DNA of 64,000 nt from Candidatus Melainabacteria bacterium 17Bon1m (GTDB lineage: Bacteria; Cyanobacteriota; Vampirovibrionia; Obscuribacterales; Obscuribacteraceae): contig JAVLKG010000008.1 in assembly GCA_032128875.1 (NCBI GenBank), forward strand, positions 1 to 64,000, read 5' to 3'. Each line of letters opens with the position of its first letter. Position 1 is the first letter of the stretch. Below are positions 19,152-29,409 of this stretch, in pieces. The notes beneath the pieces are model-generated. The model was not told where the DNA came from, made no database searches, and worked only from the letters and a program-made list of their open reading frames with translations. The position numbers and the translations under genes were made by a program.

Positions 19152-21268
19152 AGTGCACTCTATGCGGAAAAGACCCACCGCAGAGTGGTTCATTGACTCA
19201 GTGGCTCGGAATGGGCGACTACTGCAAATGCAGGCTCCTCGAAAACAAAGAGCAAAACCAACCAAGTAGTTTAGATGCCGTTTGCCCTCTCTGCGGCTTG
19301 CACTTGCATCGAAATACTGGCTCACTGACACAGTGGGCGTTCCGCAGACAAACATGCACGTGCCTGCCGATACTCACCGCAGCGCGCCTTGAAAGCAGCG
19401 GCGCTATTGAAGCGAAATCGCCACATCACGGAAATCCGCTCAAGACGCCAGGGAGTCTGATAGGGCGCCAATATGAAGTCATCGATTTTCTAGGTGAAGG
19501 AGGCGCAAGCGCAGTATATAAAGTCAAACATAAATTGCTTGAGAAAGAATTCGCCGTCAAAATTCTGCTGCCGAATCGCATCCCAAGCGGCGGAATTATA
19601 AAGAGATTTCAACAAGAAGGGCGTTCGATTGGACGTTTGAAACACAAGCACATCGTCGCTGTGCACGAATTTGAGGTTGACGAAAACAACCAACCTTTTT
19701 TGGTCATGGATTTCCTCGAAGGAAAAACTCTTTCAACTCTCATTAATGAAACCGGTGGTATAGAGCCTATTCGTGCGGCTGCACTCTTCCAACAAATTGC
19801 TGAGGCGCTCGAACACGCACACGAAAAATCAGTTATCCACCGCGATCTGAAGCCTAACAACGTGGTTATCGTATCAGACGATAATGGCAACGAAACCGTA
19901 AAACTAGTCGACTTCGGCATCGCCAAACTCGAAGAGGACGCGTCGACCCAAGACACTCTAACCAAAACCGGCGAGATATTCGGCAGCCCGCACTACATGA
20001 GCCCAGAGCAGTGCAAGGGACAAGAGCTAGACCACAGAGCGGACATTTATTCGTTAGGCTGCCTCATGTACGAAACCCTCACCGGCACGAATGCAGCAGA
20101 AGCTGCGACTGTTTTCGACATTCTAATGAAGCACATCAACGGACTCTCCGTCAATCTTGACGCTACCGCATGCGGTATCACGCTAGCAGAAAGGTCAAGA
20201 CAAAAACAAAGCGACGGCGCACTCCAATACAAATGCTTCTCAAGGCTAAAACTTGTCATCGACGGCTGCCTGCAAGTGCAACCAGACAAGCGCTACGCTT
20301 CCGCGACAGCAGTGAAAAAGGATCTAGCTCTCGTCAGGGGCGGAAATGAACCGCAAGGACCATCTGCGCATAGGGGATATCTGGCTCAGAAATCGTTGTC
20401 GAGAAAACTGAAATCCTCAGCAAACAGGGGCGACTCTAGCGCCGACAGGAATGCAATCGCAGTGGCAATAATGCTGCTGATTGGGTTTATCTCACTCGTA
20501 TCGATCGCAGTTGGTCCGTACTTGCTGAATAGAGAGACCAAGAAACAGAAAGTTCTCGCGGATGCCTCAATGAAGGATATGCTTGACGCCGCGCGCGACT
20601 TGCAACTTAAGTCGTCCGCGAAGCACTTGAAAAAAAAGAAGAAGCTCGAGAGTTTTGGTCAAAGCACCGGCTCGAAAAAAGCGGCGGCAAAACCAACCGG
20701 CGATCCTCACTACTTTCCACTGGACACTATAGGTACAAGCGTTTTTCTTTTCAACGAAAACACATGGTCGCTACTTGCCTCGGACGGTGAAGGGTTTACT
20801 GTGCAGCTCGACAGGATTTCCTGGAACATGTTTCACACCCTAGATGAGCTGGCTTGCACTGGCTACATCCTAAGAAATGAAACGATCACAGACGATATGC
20901 TCGATGCAATCAGCAGGCTGAAAAACATGGAGGAGCTGTATTTATGCCGCTGCGCAAAGGTCACCCCGGCAGGCATTGCGCAGCTCAGAGGGGCAAGTAA
21001 ACTAAACGCTCTGCATATTCAAAACATGGTAATTACCAACGAATGGATTAGTGAACTTGCGAAACTGCAATTGACAGCGATTAGTTTTAAAGACTCTGTA
21101 GTGACGCCAGAAATGATTGAAGCAATCACAGCCGGCTCGCGACTCAAATACATCAACCTGGAGAATCAAGCAGCAGACAGAACAGTTTCGCTGGCGGACA
21201 ATCCGAACTGGCGGTTGCAGGAAGCTGCTGACGGCAGCAAATGGTATTGCCGCGCAAAGGGTAAATAG
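19148..21268 (+). CDS. Ser/Thr protein kinase with duplicated Cys-rich N-terminal motif, TM helix and LRR-like domain
   Basis: ATGA overlap with the previous kinase; CxxC...GSLTQW...CxC twice; HRDLKPNN, DFG, GSPHYMSPEQ; TM; LRR-like tail. Confidence 0.9.
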   Translation: MKCTLCGKDPPQSGSLTQWLGMGDYCKCRLLENKEQNQPSSLDAVCPLCGLHLHRNTGSLTQWAFRRQTCTCLPILTAARLESSGAIEAKSPHHGNPLKTPGSLIGRQYEVIDFLGEGGASAVYKVKHKLLEKEFAVKILLPNRIPSGGIIKRFQQEGRSIGRLKHKHIVAVHEFEVDENNQPFLVMDFLEGKTLSTLINETGGIEPIRAAALFQQIAEALEHAHEKSVIHRDLKPNNVVIVSDDNGNETVKLVDFGIAKLEEDASTQDTLTKTGEIFGSPHYMSPEQCKGQELDHRADIYSLGCLMYETLTGTNAAEAATVFDILMKHINGLSVNLDATACGITLAERSRQKQSDGALQYKCFSRLKLVIDGCLQVQPDKRYASATAVKKDLALVRGGNEPQGPSAHRGYLAQKSLSRKLKSSANRGDSSADRNAIAVAIMLLIGFISLVSIAVGPYLLNRETKKQKVLADASMKDMLDAARDLQLKSSAKHLKKKKKLESFGQSTGSKKAAAKPTGDPHYFPLDTIGTSVFLFNENTWSLLASDGEGFTVQLDRISWNMFHTLDELACTGYILRNETITDDMLDAISRLKNMEELYLCRCAKVTPAGIAQLRGASKLNALHIQNMVITNEWISELAKLQLTAISFKDSVVTPEMIEAITAGSRLKYINLENQAADRTVSLADNPNWRLQEAADGSKWYCRAKGK

Positions 21269-21278
21269 AAAAAAAAAC

Positions 21279-21301
21279 GGTCGCATGCAATGCGACCCCA
21301 C
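21279..21301. repeat. REP-like palindrome
   Basis: GGTCGCATGCAATGCGACCCCAC, near reverse complement of the 11764 copy. Confidence 0.65.
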
Positions 21302-21434
21302 GCAAACTGCAAGAAGCGCAGCTCATAACCGTTTCACGTATATACTATTTCATATCATATGCGCAACGCTAAAACAAAAAATTGAGCGAACCAGCGGCGA
21401 ATTCCGCGTGGCTCGCTCTAAGTCATCAGCGTAT

Positions 21435-22214
21435 TCATGTTATTCCGTTCTTGAGCGCGCGCAGATTCCACCACTTTGCGCTCGGAAGGGGCGTCGGCAT
21501 TGGCACCGGCGCCGGGAGAAGGAGAACGTTTTTGGTATTGATAAAACGCGTCCAGTAGCCAAATTCATTCGGCCAACATGCACGCGTGACGATTTCGATC
21601 TGGCTTTCGGGCGACAGGCGAACAAGCTCGGCAACCGTCGCTTGCACGCACTGGTTCGTGTACGCGCCGACAACGCGGAAGCGGTTGGTATTGATGTTCT
21701 TCTCGCCGCAAAGTTCGATGACTTTCCCAGCGCCGCTGCGTTGCCCTTTCGACAACGAATGCCACGAGCCTTCGCCTGCCTTCTTCAGCTCCTCCAACAC
21801 TTGCGGATGGATGTCGCCATACCCGGAATACGTCAGCACGATTACAGACCAACCCAGCTTCCTTGCAAGGCGAATCTGCAGGTTGATTTCTTTGACGAGC
21901 TTGCGAGCTTCCAGATGCCCAGCCGAAGTCTCGTCCAACTTGATGAAGCCTGTCTGCGGGTCCACGACGATGAGCGTTTGCTCACGGCGCTTGTCCTGCT
22001 TCATCAGGCGCGTGCGCTGGCAGTAACGTGCGTACCAATCCTCGCCGTCACGACGCCAACCATCGCGGTAGTTCTGAAGTTCTGCGGGCTCCGGGTAGGT
22101 GCCGGCGAAATTCGGAACAAAGCCATTCGCATACGCACGACCGCGGCGAACAGCTTTCAGCTTTCTGCGCACCCGAGGGTTGAGGAGGCGCACAAAGTTT
22201 TTGAGAAAAGACAT
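21435..22214 (-). CDS. Isochorismatase-like cysteine hydrolase
   Basis: LIVVDPQTGF (Asp), SKGQRSG (Lys), VGAYTNQCV (Cys); SD AAAGGAGG before ATG 22214. Confidence 0.7.
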   Translation of the reverse strand: MSFLKNFVRLLNPRVRRKLKAVRRGRAYANGFVPNFAGTYPEPAELQNYRDGWRRDGEDWYARYCQRTRLMKQDKRREQTLIVVDPQTGFIKLDETSAGHLEARKLVKEINLQIRLARKLGWSVIVLTYSGYGDIHPQVLEELKKAGEGSWHSLSKGQRSGAGKVIELCGEKNINTNRFRVVGAYTNQCVQATVAELVRLSPESQIEIVTRACWPNEFGYWTRFINTKNVLLLPAPVPMPTPLPSAKWWNLRALKNGIT

Positions 22215-22625
22215 TGCCACCTCCTTTCGTTGGGTGAGCAGTTGCAGGTATTTCCGCGCGCGCGTCAGTCGACATCCGCTGCGATGCAGGCGGACGGGTG
22301 CCGATGTGGCGCGAAGACTGTGAGGGAATTGAGTTTCCTGGGACCGAGATTTGCGAAATTTGAAAGAGATAGAAGATACTTTCACGCTATGGAATCTATG
22401 AGCTTCCAAGCAAATGAGTGTTTACTTAGCTCTTTGACGTGTTGATCGAGGCTGGCGAAACCCCGAGTCCATGGCAAAAAACGCTAGGTTCGAATAGTAA
22501 TCTTCAAATTCGGAAACACGATGAAGTTTTGAAACGCGCTGTAACAGTGGGGCCAGGCGTTACAGGATGACGCGCCAGATGAGAGCCGTCACACGAGTGA
22601 AGCAGAGTAAGTGGTATCACCAACC

Positions 22626-22658
22626 ATGCAAATTCTCCACGGCGTGGAGGATTTGCAT
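22626..22658 (-). terminator. Hairpin downstream of the SGNH-like gene
   Basis: ATGCAAATTCTCCAC-GGC-GTGGAGGATTTGCAT near-perfect inverted repeat. Confidence 0.5.
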
Positions 22659-22685
22659 AGATCTCATAAAGTTCGGCATCAAACT

Positions 22686-23909
22686 CTAGTAACTGCGCTC
22701 GTTTCGGGGATGCGTCGAAAGCGATGGTCCCTTTACCAGGTCTGACGCCATCATGTCGGTTAGCTTAACAGCGCCTGATTTGTTCAAGTGCACAAAATCA
22801 GAAAAATCAGATGAATTGAAAGCCGTTTTCTTGATGTAATCCAACGCTTTTATGTCATAGCGCTTGGCGATATCTAAGCAATCACCAGGGAAACGCTTTC
22901 TGAGAGCTACGGGAACCTTTGATTTATACTCGCCTCCCACTGGCAAAAACACGACGACCAGCTCAATAGAGTTATCCTTGCAGAGTTTCACGAATTTTTC
23001 GAAGTACACCAACTCATCAGCGTAGCGTTTTTCTTGAGGTCGAGAATCAACTGAAACCGTGCTTAGAGACGCAAACGGATTGCGTTTCTTGCGTTCTATA
23101 AACTCGCTTTGACTAGACTCCGACGGAGAGCCCCCGCGGTTTAGAAGTGCGCAAAAACGCTGAGCAAGCCAGTTTCGATGCTCCGTGCGAGCTTTGTATG
23201 CGTACGAAACAGAAGATACGATTGAATCCACGCAAAACTGGAGCCGTTCTGGATCAGTGAGGAACCGTGTGTCCGCAAAAGTTATGGTGAGCGCCGTGAT
23301 AAAAGGCGAGCGCCATAAATAATCGACAGCTTCCACAACAGGCTTCGGCAACAATGTACTTTTGCTTTCAGGGTGTAGTGATGCGATAGTTTTATAAACT
23401 GGGGTGTCACCAATTTGCGGCATGCTTGCGTCGAAGAAGTCCCGCGAAACAGTCTCGAAAACAAGGAGTTTTGGCTTTTTATCAAACTCCACAAGTTTTT
23501 TGGTGAGTATCCATGCGTCAGATGCCATAGAGCCAGAGGTTGCTAGCGTTTTGCAAGAAAAATTCTCTCCGCAATTTTCTCGGAGTTTTCTCTCCAAGTA
23601 AATGGCATCCGTGTAGCGGTACTTATCCTTCTCGTTTAAGCGCTTGAGAGACTCGTCTGCACAAAACGATGAACAGAGAGCGACTGAAGAACCCAGGACG
23701 ACCACATCGCTCTTGTTTTGAGAGTTGAGGAATTCTTGATACCTTGGAAGATTTGTCTCAGCAGAAGGGCTCTCGAAAGCGACACGTGCTGCGATGTCCA
23801 GTACTAAAGCAGAGGCGATTGTCCACGCACAAATCTGTGCAGCGACAGGATGTTTTCCCAGCAGTCCGAAACTAAGTTTGTTCATTAGGCTTTTGGATGT
23901 TTTGTTCAC
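22686..23909 (-). CDS. SGNH-like extracytoplasmic protein (AlgJ/DltD/DUF1574-like partner of MBOAT)
   Basis: N-terminal TM, VVLGSS block, C-terminal DFVHLN (DxxH); directly downstream of the MBOAT gene. Confidence 0.7.
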   Translation of the reverse strand: MNKTSKSLMNKLSFGLLGKHPVAAQICAWTIASALVLDIAARVAFESPSAETNLPRYQEFLNSQNKSDVVVLGSSVALCSSFCADESLKRLNEKDKYRYTDAIYLERKLRENCGENFSCKTLATSGSMASDAWILTKKLVEFDKKPKLLVFETVSRDFFDASMPQIGDTPVYKTIASLHPESKSTLLPKPVVEAVDYLWRSPFITALTITFADTRFLTDPERLQFCVDSIVSSVSYAYKARTEHRNWLAQRFCALLNRGGSPSESSQSEFIERKKRNPFASLSTVSVDSRPQEKRYADELVYFEKFVKLCKDNSIELVVVFLPVGGEYKSKVPVALRKRFPGDCLDIAKRYDIKALDYIKKTAFNSSDFSDFVHLNKSGAVKLTDMMASDLVKGPSLSTHPRNERSY

Positions 23910-23918
23910 GATTGAGCC

Positions 23919-25370
23919 CTAGAACTGGAAGTAAATAAAGGGAACGGAGTTATCTGGCAAGAAAGTGATGATGGCGAGAATCACAGCGGTTATATACAAG
24001 CCCTTCAAGGGCGCCGGTGCGCGTGCAATCAGTCCACTAGCGCGTGCCCACCCAATTAGTGGCGTGCAAAACAGCAGTACGAGCACCATCAACATTGCAA
24101 TCGGAATGCTTACAGGAAGCTCTGGCTTTAGCAGCATAAAGTTACCGGCCTCCGCACGAGTCATAATCGGTGAAAGCAGAACCATTTTTCTAACCATGCT
24201 GAAAATTGCACCGATGTCGCTAACTCGGAAGAACACCCATCCGATGCAAACGCAGTGGAAGGTCAAAAGCATTGAAAAAAACTTGAATCCGCGACTGTCG
24301 AAATACGGCTTAAGCGAAATTTGCTGTTCTCGCCAGATGGAAAATTGGCGGTGAGCAATCAGCAATAGTCCGTGATAGACACCCCACAAGACGAAATTCC
24401 AAGCAGCACCGTGCCATAGTCCTCCCAGCGCCATAGTGAGAAGCAGGTTTCGATTTGTCGCTAAATTGCTGCCACGCGAGCCGCCCAGAGGAATAAAAAG
24501 ATAGTCCCTGAGCCAACTTGAGAGAGATATGTGCCAGCGGCGCCAGAAGTCGGAAATATTGCTAGCAATGTATGGAAGATTGAAATTGAGAGGGATGTGA
24601 TAACCAAAAAGGTGAGAAGAGCCTCTTGCAATATCGGTGTAGCCCGAGAAATCAAAATAGATTTGCAGCGCGAACGCATATGCAAAAAGCCAAGTTTCAA
24701 GCGAACCGTAGACATAATGTGTTTTCGCGAACATGTCGACAAAAACGGCGAGACTGTCGGCGAAGAGTAATTTTTTCGCCAACCCAATAACTATCAGCGG
24801 AATGCCCTCATCAAAATAAGAGAGCTGAAATTTCTTTTCTTCCTGCATCTGCGCCGCAAAATCTTCGTAACGCTTGATTGGACCCGCAATTTGCGTAGGA
24901 AAAAATGCAGCAAACAAACCGAAAAGCACAAAGGAATCGATTGGCTTTTTGCCTTTGTGTACTTCGACTAAATAGTGGATAAACTCAAAAACAAAAAAGG
25001 AAATGCCCAGTGGCAGAATTATGTTGAGGGCTATGTGCGCGCTTGAATGACCAGTAATGGTGCTAAGAAGAGCTTGCGCACTGTCGATAAAGAAGTTTGC
25101 ATACTTGAAATAACCAAGGCACAACAAATTAAGTGCAATGCCCAAAACGAGCAACGGCTTTTTCTTTGCTGAGCTGTGAATGCATTTGCCGAGTATCCAA
25201 TTTCCCAGCGTTAGAGCAAAAATCAAAACGCCGAAGATTGGAATCCAGCTCATGTAAAACAAATAGCTGGCTACAAATAACATCGGAAGCCGATATCTGT
25301 GCGGCAGAAGCCAGAACAGTGTCACGACCGTCGGCAGGAAGAGCAAATATTGGCAGCTAGTGAATAACAA
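23919..25370 (-). CDS. MBOAT O-acyltransferase (AlgI/DltB family)
   Basis: LPLGISFF, AGPI, QIYFDFSGYTD, FWRRWHISLSSWLRDYLFIPLGG, GLWHGA. Confidence 0.95.
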   Translation of the reverse strand: MLFTSCQYLLFLPTVVTLFWLLPHRYRLPMLFVASYLFYMSWIPIFGVLIFALTLGNWILGKCIHSSAKKKPLLVLGIALNLLCLGYFKYANFFIDSAQALLSTITGHSSAHIALNIILPLGISFFVFEFIHYLVEVHKGKKPIDSFVLFGLFAAFFPTQIAGPIKRYEDFAAQMQEEKKFQLSYFDEGIPLIVIGLAKKLLFADSLAVFVDMFAKTHYVYGSLETWLFAYAFALQIYFDFSGYTDIARGSSHLFGYHIPLNFNLPYIASNISDFWRRWHISLSSWLRDYLFIPLGGSRGSNLATNRNLLLTMALGGLWHGAAWNFVLWGVYHGLLLIAHRQFSIWREQQISLKPYFDSRGFKFFSMLLTFHCVCIGWVFFRVSDIGAIFSMVRKMVLLSPIMTRAEAGNFMLLKPELPVSIPIAMLMVLVLLFCTPLIGWARASGLIARAPAPLKGLYITAVILAIITFLPDNSVPFIYFQF

Positions 25371-25779
25371 AACTAATTACTTATATGGGTAATCAAGCGA
25401 CGATGTTAGCACGAGTCATATGTTTGACCTCAGAGCTCGCAAATGACCACTGGTTAATTGTTTCTCCCACATGGATCGTGTTTACGCACGGGCTACTCCG
25501 CTTTGCGTTAGCAGCTTGATGAGTCCCCTTTCAGCAAACTCGCGGACTCGAAGAGCATTGAAACATTAAGCGAGCCAGTTTAGTCGGTGCTAATAATTAC
25601 GAGAATCATTGCCAATGGTTTCATCCACTACAAGCATTTTAGACGACCAGCTTTAGTATTATTAGCGATAGTACAACAGGCGATAAAAATCAGAGGAAAC
25701 GGCAGGGAAAGCGGCTTTCGCCAACTTAAGCCCCACCGCTTCCTCTGAAAGTTTGCCCTACACGTCGTCTAGAGCGACG

Positions 25780-26985
25780 TTACACCGCGGCCGGCTTGCT
25801 CAGCGCGTCGGCGTAGAACGCCAGCGTGCGCTCGGTGATGCGCGTCCAGGTGAACTGGTCGAGCACCTTCTTGCGCGCCGCCTCCTTGATGTTTCGCGCC
25901 AGCTCCGGGTTATCCAGCACCTGCAGGATTCCCCACGCGAGACTGGACGAGTCACCAGCGAAAGTGGTGATACCGTCCTTGGTGTGCTCCACGATGTCCT
26001 TCAGACCGCCGGCGTCGGAAGTGACGGTCGGCACGCGAGCTGCCATGCCTTCCAGCGCGACGATGCCGAAGGGCTCGTAGAGGCTGGGCACGACGAGGAC
26101 ATCAGCGATGGTGTAAAGCTCGGCGAGGTCGGCGTCATTCGCCAACCCGAAGAACTTGACACGTTCGTTGAGCCCCTTTTCGTTCGCCAGCGCTCGCAGG
26201 TCGCCCTCGTAGTAGCCGGTGCCGGCAATGACGATCGTCGCGCCGGGATGGCTTGCAAGAATAGTCGGAGCCGCTTCGAGCAGCACCTGCACACCCTTCT
26301 CGCGCACGAGTCGACCGACGAACAACAGCACCGGACCATCGCCGATGCCGTGCTTGGCGCGGAGTTCGTCGACGTCGAAATCGCCTTGCAGCTTGTCGGG
26401 AAAGACACCATTGGGGATAGTGATGACCTTCTCCGGCGGCACGATGAAGTGGTCGACCACCTCATCGAACATGTGACTGCTGTTGACGATGACGAGCCGC
26501 GACTCGTAGATGAGGCGCCACTCGACGGTGTCGATGTAGCGCGAATCGTCGCTGAAGATGCCGTGATTGCGCCCGAACTCGGTGGCGTGGATGGTCGAAA
26601 CCAGCGGCAGCCCGACCGACTTCAGCACCCAAGCAGCGTCGGCGACGAGCCAGTCGTGGGCATGGACGATGTCGAACGGCTTCTCGCTGTGCAGCTTGAG
26701 CGCGTATTGCAGAATGCCGAAGTTGAGACGAGCGTCCCAGGTGATGAAGTTCGGCGTCGGCCACTCGACTCCGTCGGGACCGGTTTGCGTCTTGACGCGG
26801 TGCACATGCACACCGCCTTCGTCCAGTTCGTACTCTTCGGTGCCGGGGTGATCGGCAGTGATGACGTGCACCTCGCAACCCTGAGCGACCATCTCGCGCG
26901 ACAGCGCGCAGACTACTCGACCAAGACCACCGATGAGACGCGGAGGATATTCCCAAGACAGCATGAGGATGCGCTTAGCAGCCAT
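25780..26985 (-). CDS. Glycosyltransferase family 4
   Basis: SWEYPP, HAHDW, TIHATE, FVGRLVREKG, PSLYEPFGIVALE. Confidence 0.93.
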   Translation of the reverse strand: MAAKRILMLSWEYPPRLIGGLGRVVCALSREMVAQGCEVHVITADHPGTEEYELDEGGVHVHRVKTQTGPDGVEWPTPNFITWDARLNFGILQYALKLHSEKPFDIVHAHDWLVADAAWVLKSVGLPLVSTIHATEFGRNHGIFSDDSRYIDTVEWRLIYESRLVIVNSSHMFDEVVDHFIVPPEKVITIPNGVFPDKLQGDFDVDELRAKHGIGDGPVLLFVGRLVREKGVQVLLEAAPTILASHPGATIVIAGTGYYEGDLRALANEKGLNERVKFFGLANDADLAELYTIADVLVVPSLYEPFGIVALEGMAARVPTVTSDAGGLKDIVEHTKDGITTFAGDSSSLAWGILQVLDNPELARNIKEAARKKVLDQFTWTRITERTLAFYADALSKPAAV

Positions 26986-27574
26986 ACGTGATTCCTTCTT
27001 TTGCTTAAATGCGGACTGTTAGAAAGGCGCGTCAGCCGATACGACGGCTTAGACACACCAACCTGTCTCTTGTTCAGCCGGTGAAAAGCGCCAAAAGCCG
27101 CCGCACTCGCAATGTCGGTGTCGTCCGGTTTCCCAAAGGGAAATATCGCCGGATGCCGAACTCGTGGAGTGGAGGGGTTTTTGGGTTGCCTAGTTGATAC
27201 CGGAAAAATCAGAACAGAGATGCTTCAAGACAAGCAAAAGTCCGTACATGTAATCAAGATAAGGGTTTCGGAGTGTTGCGAGGTTTTGGAAATCTATGAA
27301 CTTTTACGCGCATTTCTCGCGCGCGCGCGTTTAAGAATTATCAAGAGGCTCGCATTGGTTTGCGCAAGCTGCCGATGGTGGTCTGCGCACCGCATTTTTG
27401 TTCAGAGGCGGAAACAGCCACGAGCGGAGGTTTTCACAGCAGCTTAAGTACGCGCACATTATTTAGAAAACCTAAAACCTTAGCTCAACTGCTGTTTCAA
27501 TTCGCCGCAAAACGGATCTGAAAGACAATCGATGGGCGCAAATCGAAATTTGCCGCTATTTCAACTTCGAATGG

Positions 27575-28300
27575 TTACTTCTCTCGCTCTTCCGGGGACT
27601 TTTTCAAAAATGTGATTAGCGAGTAATCGATCGCGACCCCATCACTGTCCTCGCTATCAAGGTAGATGGGAATGCCGGACGCGTCACCGCAACGAACGCA
27701 AAGCATTCCATACTCTTCGTGAGTGGCAATAAGGTACAGATTGTCTTCTTCGCGAACAATCTCGCAAAGCTCTTTTTCCTCAAGGAAATTCCATCCGTAA
27801 ATTTCAAGTTGTCCTTCTTTTAACAACTGCAAGTAATCTGCAGGAAGTACCGTATCAGCAGGAAGTGGCGCTACAACTTCTTCTGCATCCAACCTATTCA
27901 CCAACTTTGTCTCTTGCACCTGAAAATTCCCATTAAGGAAACCTGGTGCTTTGTTGAAAGTCACGCAGAATACACGCCCGTTCACCACATAAACTCGCGC
28001 CCGCACCTTCTTTTTGGTTTCACGGTGCTGAAGAGTTACCTCGCCCAAAATATATTCAACGGCGAGCTGCGGTAGCGCCAACTCAGCCGGTATTGGAGTC
28101 GTCCGGAAAAAACGCATCATGTAAAAATTGCATTCCTTCCCGTCTGCGTGCCGCTGCACTAAGTTAACCAAGTTAATTTGCTCCTGATACAAAGAAGCAA
28201 ACGGCTCTTCCAAAAGTTTCTTCACGGCATAAAGCACTGCGCGCTCAACAGGAGTGAACTGTTGGCAGTTGCCAGGCTTTCCTAAAATCGTGTCGAACAA
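27575..28300 (-). CDS. Hypothetical protein, possibly orphan immunity protein (SMI1/KNR4-like C-terminus)
   Basis: 241 aa lower-GC ORF; LPADYLQLL resembles the SMI1/KNR4 LPxDY helix. Confidence 0.5.
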   Translation of the reverse strand: MFDTILGKPGNCQQFTPVERAVLYAVKKLLEEPFASLYQEQINLVNLVQRHADGKECNFYMMRFFRTTPIPAELALPQLAVEYILGEVTLQHRETKKKVRARVYVVNGRVFCVTFNKAPGFLNGNFQVQETKLVNRLDAEEVVAPLPADTVLPADYLQLLKEGQLEIYGWNFLEEKELCEIVREEDNLYLIATHEEYGMLCVRCGDASGIPIYLDSEDSDGVAIDYSLITFLKKSPEEREK

Positions 28301-28394
28301 AACGGGCTTCCTACTTACCGCCCTGAAAGTGTATAGTCTCTGTCGGACACTTGATTAAGTCAAGGCAATACACTGACCGTGCGAGTGTTCCGAT

Positions 28395-28691
28395 ATGCAG
28401 ATTTATATGGACTCCACTAATCAAGAAAATTGGCGCAAAATTATCAACAGATGCGATCCTGCAGGTCTCATTGCCATGGGAGCACCCCGGGGTGAGTACG
28501 ACATGGAAATTGCTGAAGTGATTGAGGCAGCTCAATCGTGCAAATCCATAGACGATTTAGCAAGCGCAATACATCAAATTTTCTTCGACACGTTCGGCGA
28601 TATTACCCACGATGACTTTGAAAAGTATCGAAGGTCCGCGGAAGAAGCATGGACACTGCTGAAAAAAGAGGACAACGCAACTGGTCCGTAA
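28395..28691 (+). CDS. DUF1871-like small acidic protein (copy 1)
   Basis: IINRCDPAGLIAMGAPRGEYDMEI motif; paralog at 31524; start may be 28407. Confidence 0.65.
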   Translation: MQIYMDSTNQENWRKIINRCDPAGLIAMGAPRGEYDMEIAEVIEAAQSCKSIDDLASAIHQIFFDTFGDITHDDFEKYRRSAEEAWTLLKKEDNATGP

Positions 28692-28806
28692 GGCGAAGCA
28701 ATAGAATATTTCGAAGAAAGAATATGGGCGCTAGTGTTCAGTTTAAGGATATTCACGAATACATCTACCGAAGCAGCTTCTCAAGCTGTAAATCTAAGCA
28801 ACTGCA

Positions 28807-29181
28807 TTATTGATTATCGGAATTAAGTTCTACTTTGACAGTACTCGGTATGAACTCCGCAAAAAGGGAAACATCCTTAGGAAAGTGTCGATATCTAATT
28901 GAGTTGAGACATTCTCTAATGGACTCATCAAATGCTATGTCCCTACTACGTTTTAGAAAGCGAATGTCCGCAACGTCACCGCTTTTTTTGATTTTGAATA
29001 CAACCTTCGCCTTTAAACTCTTTTCAATCAGCCTAGGCGGATGAAATCTTCTTCGAGTGCGCCTCTCAACATCTTGAACATACGCATTCAAATAGGATTG
29101 ATCCGGCTCTTCATTTGCAGGGCTTGAATTCATTGGAACAGAGAAAGCAATTAATAGACAGAGGAGCAGTTTACGAACCAC
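28807..29181 (-). CDS. Secreted TonB/TolA C-terminal-like domain protein
   Basis: Signal peptide; Y...VER...F.PP, VVFKIKKSG, S...AFDES pattern. Confidence 0.6.
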   Translation of the reverse strand: MVRKLLLCLLIAFSVPMNSSPANEEPDQSYLNAYVQDVERRTRRRFHPPRLIEKSLKAKVVFKIKKSGDVADIRFLKRSRDIAFDESIRECLNSIRYRHFPKDVSLFAEFIPSTVKVELNSDNQ

Positions 29182-29409
29182 ACTATAGCCGCCTTTTGCA
29201 TGGACTACTATTCCACGTGATCAACTCAACCTAGAGCTGCTTCAATTACGAGATCGATATCTCGATTTGTTTGATACCGAGTTCGGTGGCGCAATTAATG
29301 AGTTGGAGGTCAGCGTCTACGTCAGATTCGATCCAGCAGACCGTCCTTACAAATTTGCGTCACGTGCACATTATTTAGAAAACCAAGCACCTTGGCTCAA
29401 CCGCGAATA

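Noticed and set aside
22686-26985. MBOAT + SGNH + GT4 as a novel cluster
   Set aside because: MBOAT/SGNH pairs are a well-known acyl-transfer module, and GT4 is separated by about 400 bp and a hairpin
4604-27026. Shared GTTAGAAAG 9-mer upstream of the nadD (4604) and GT4 (27018) starts
   Set aside because: Short, and the TTAGAAA core occurs at many unrelated positions, so chance cannot be excluded
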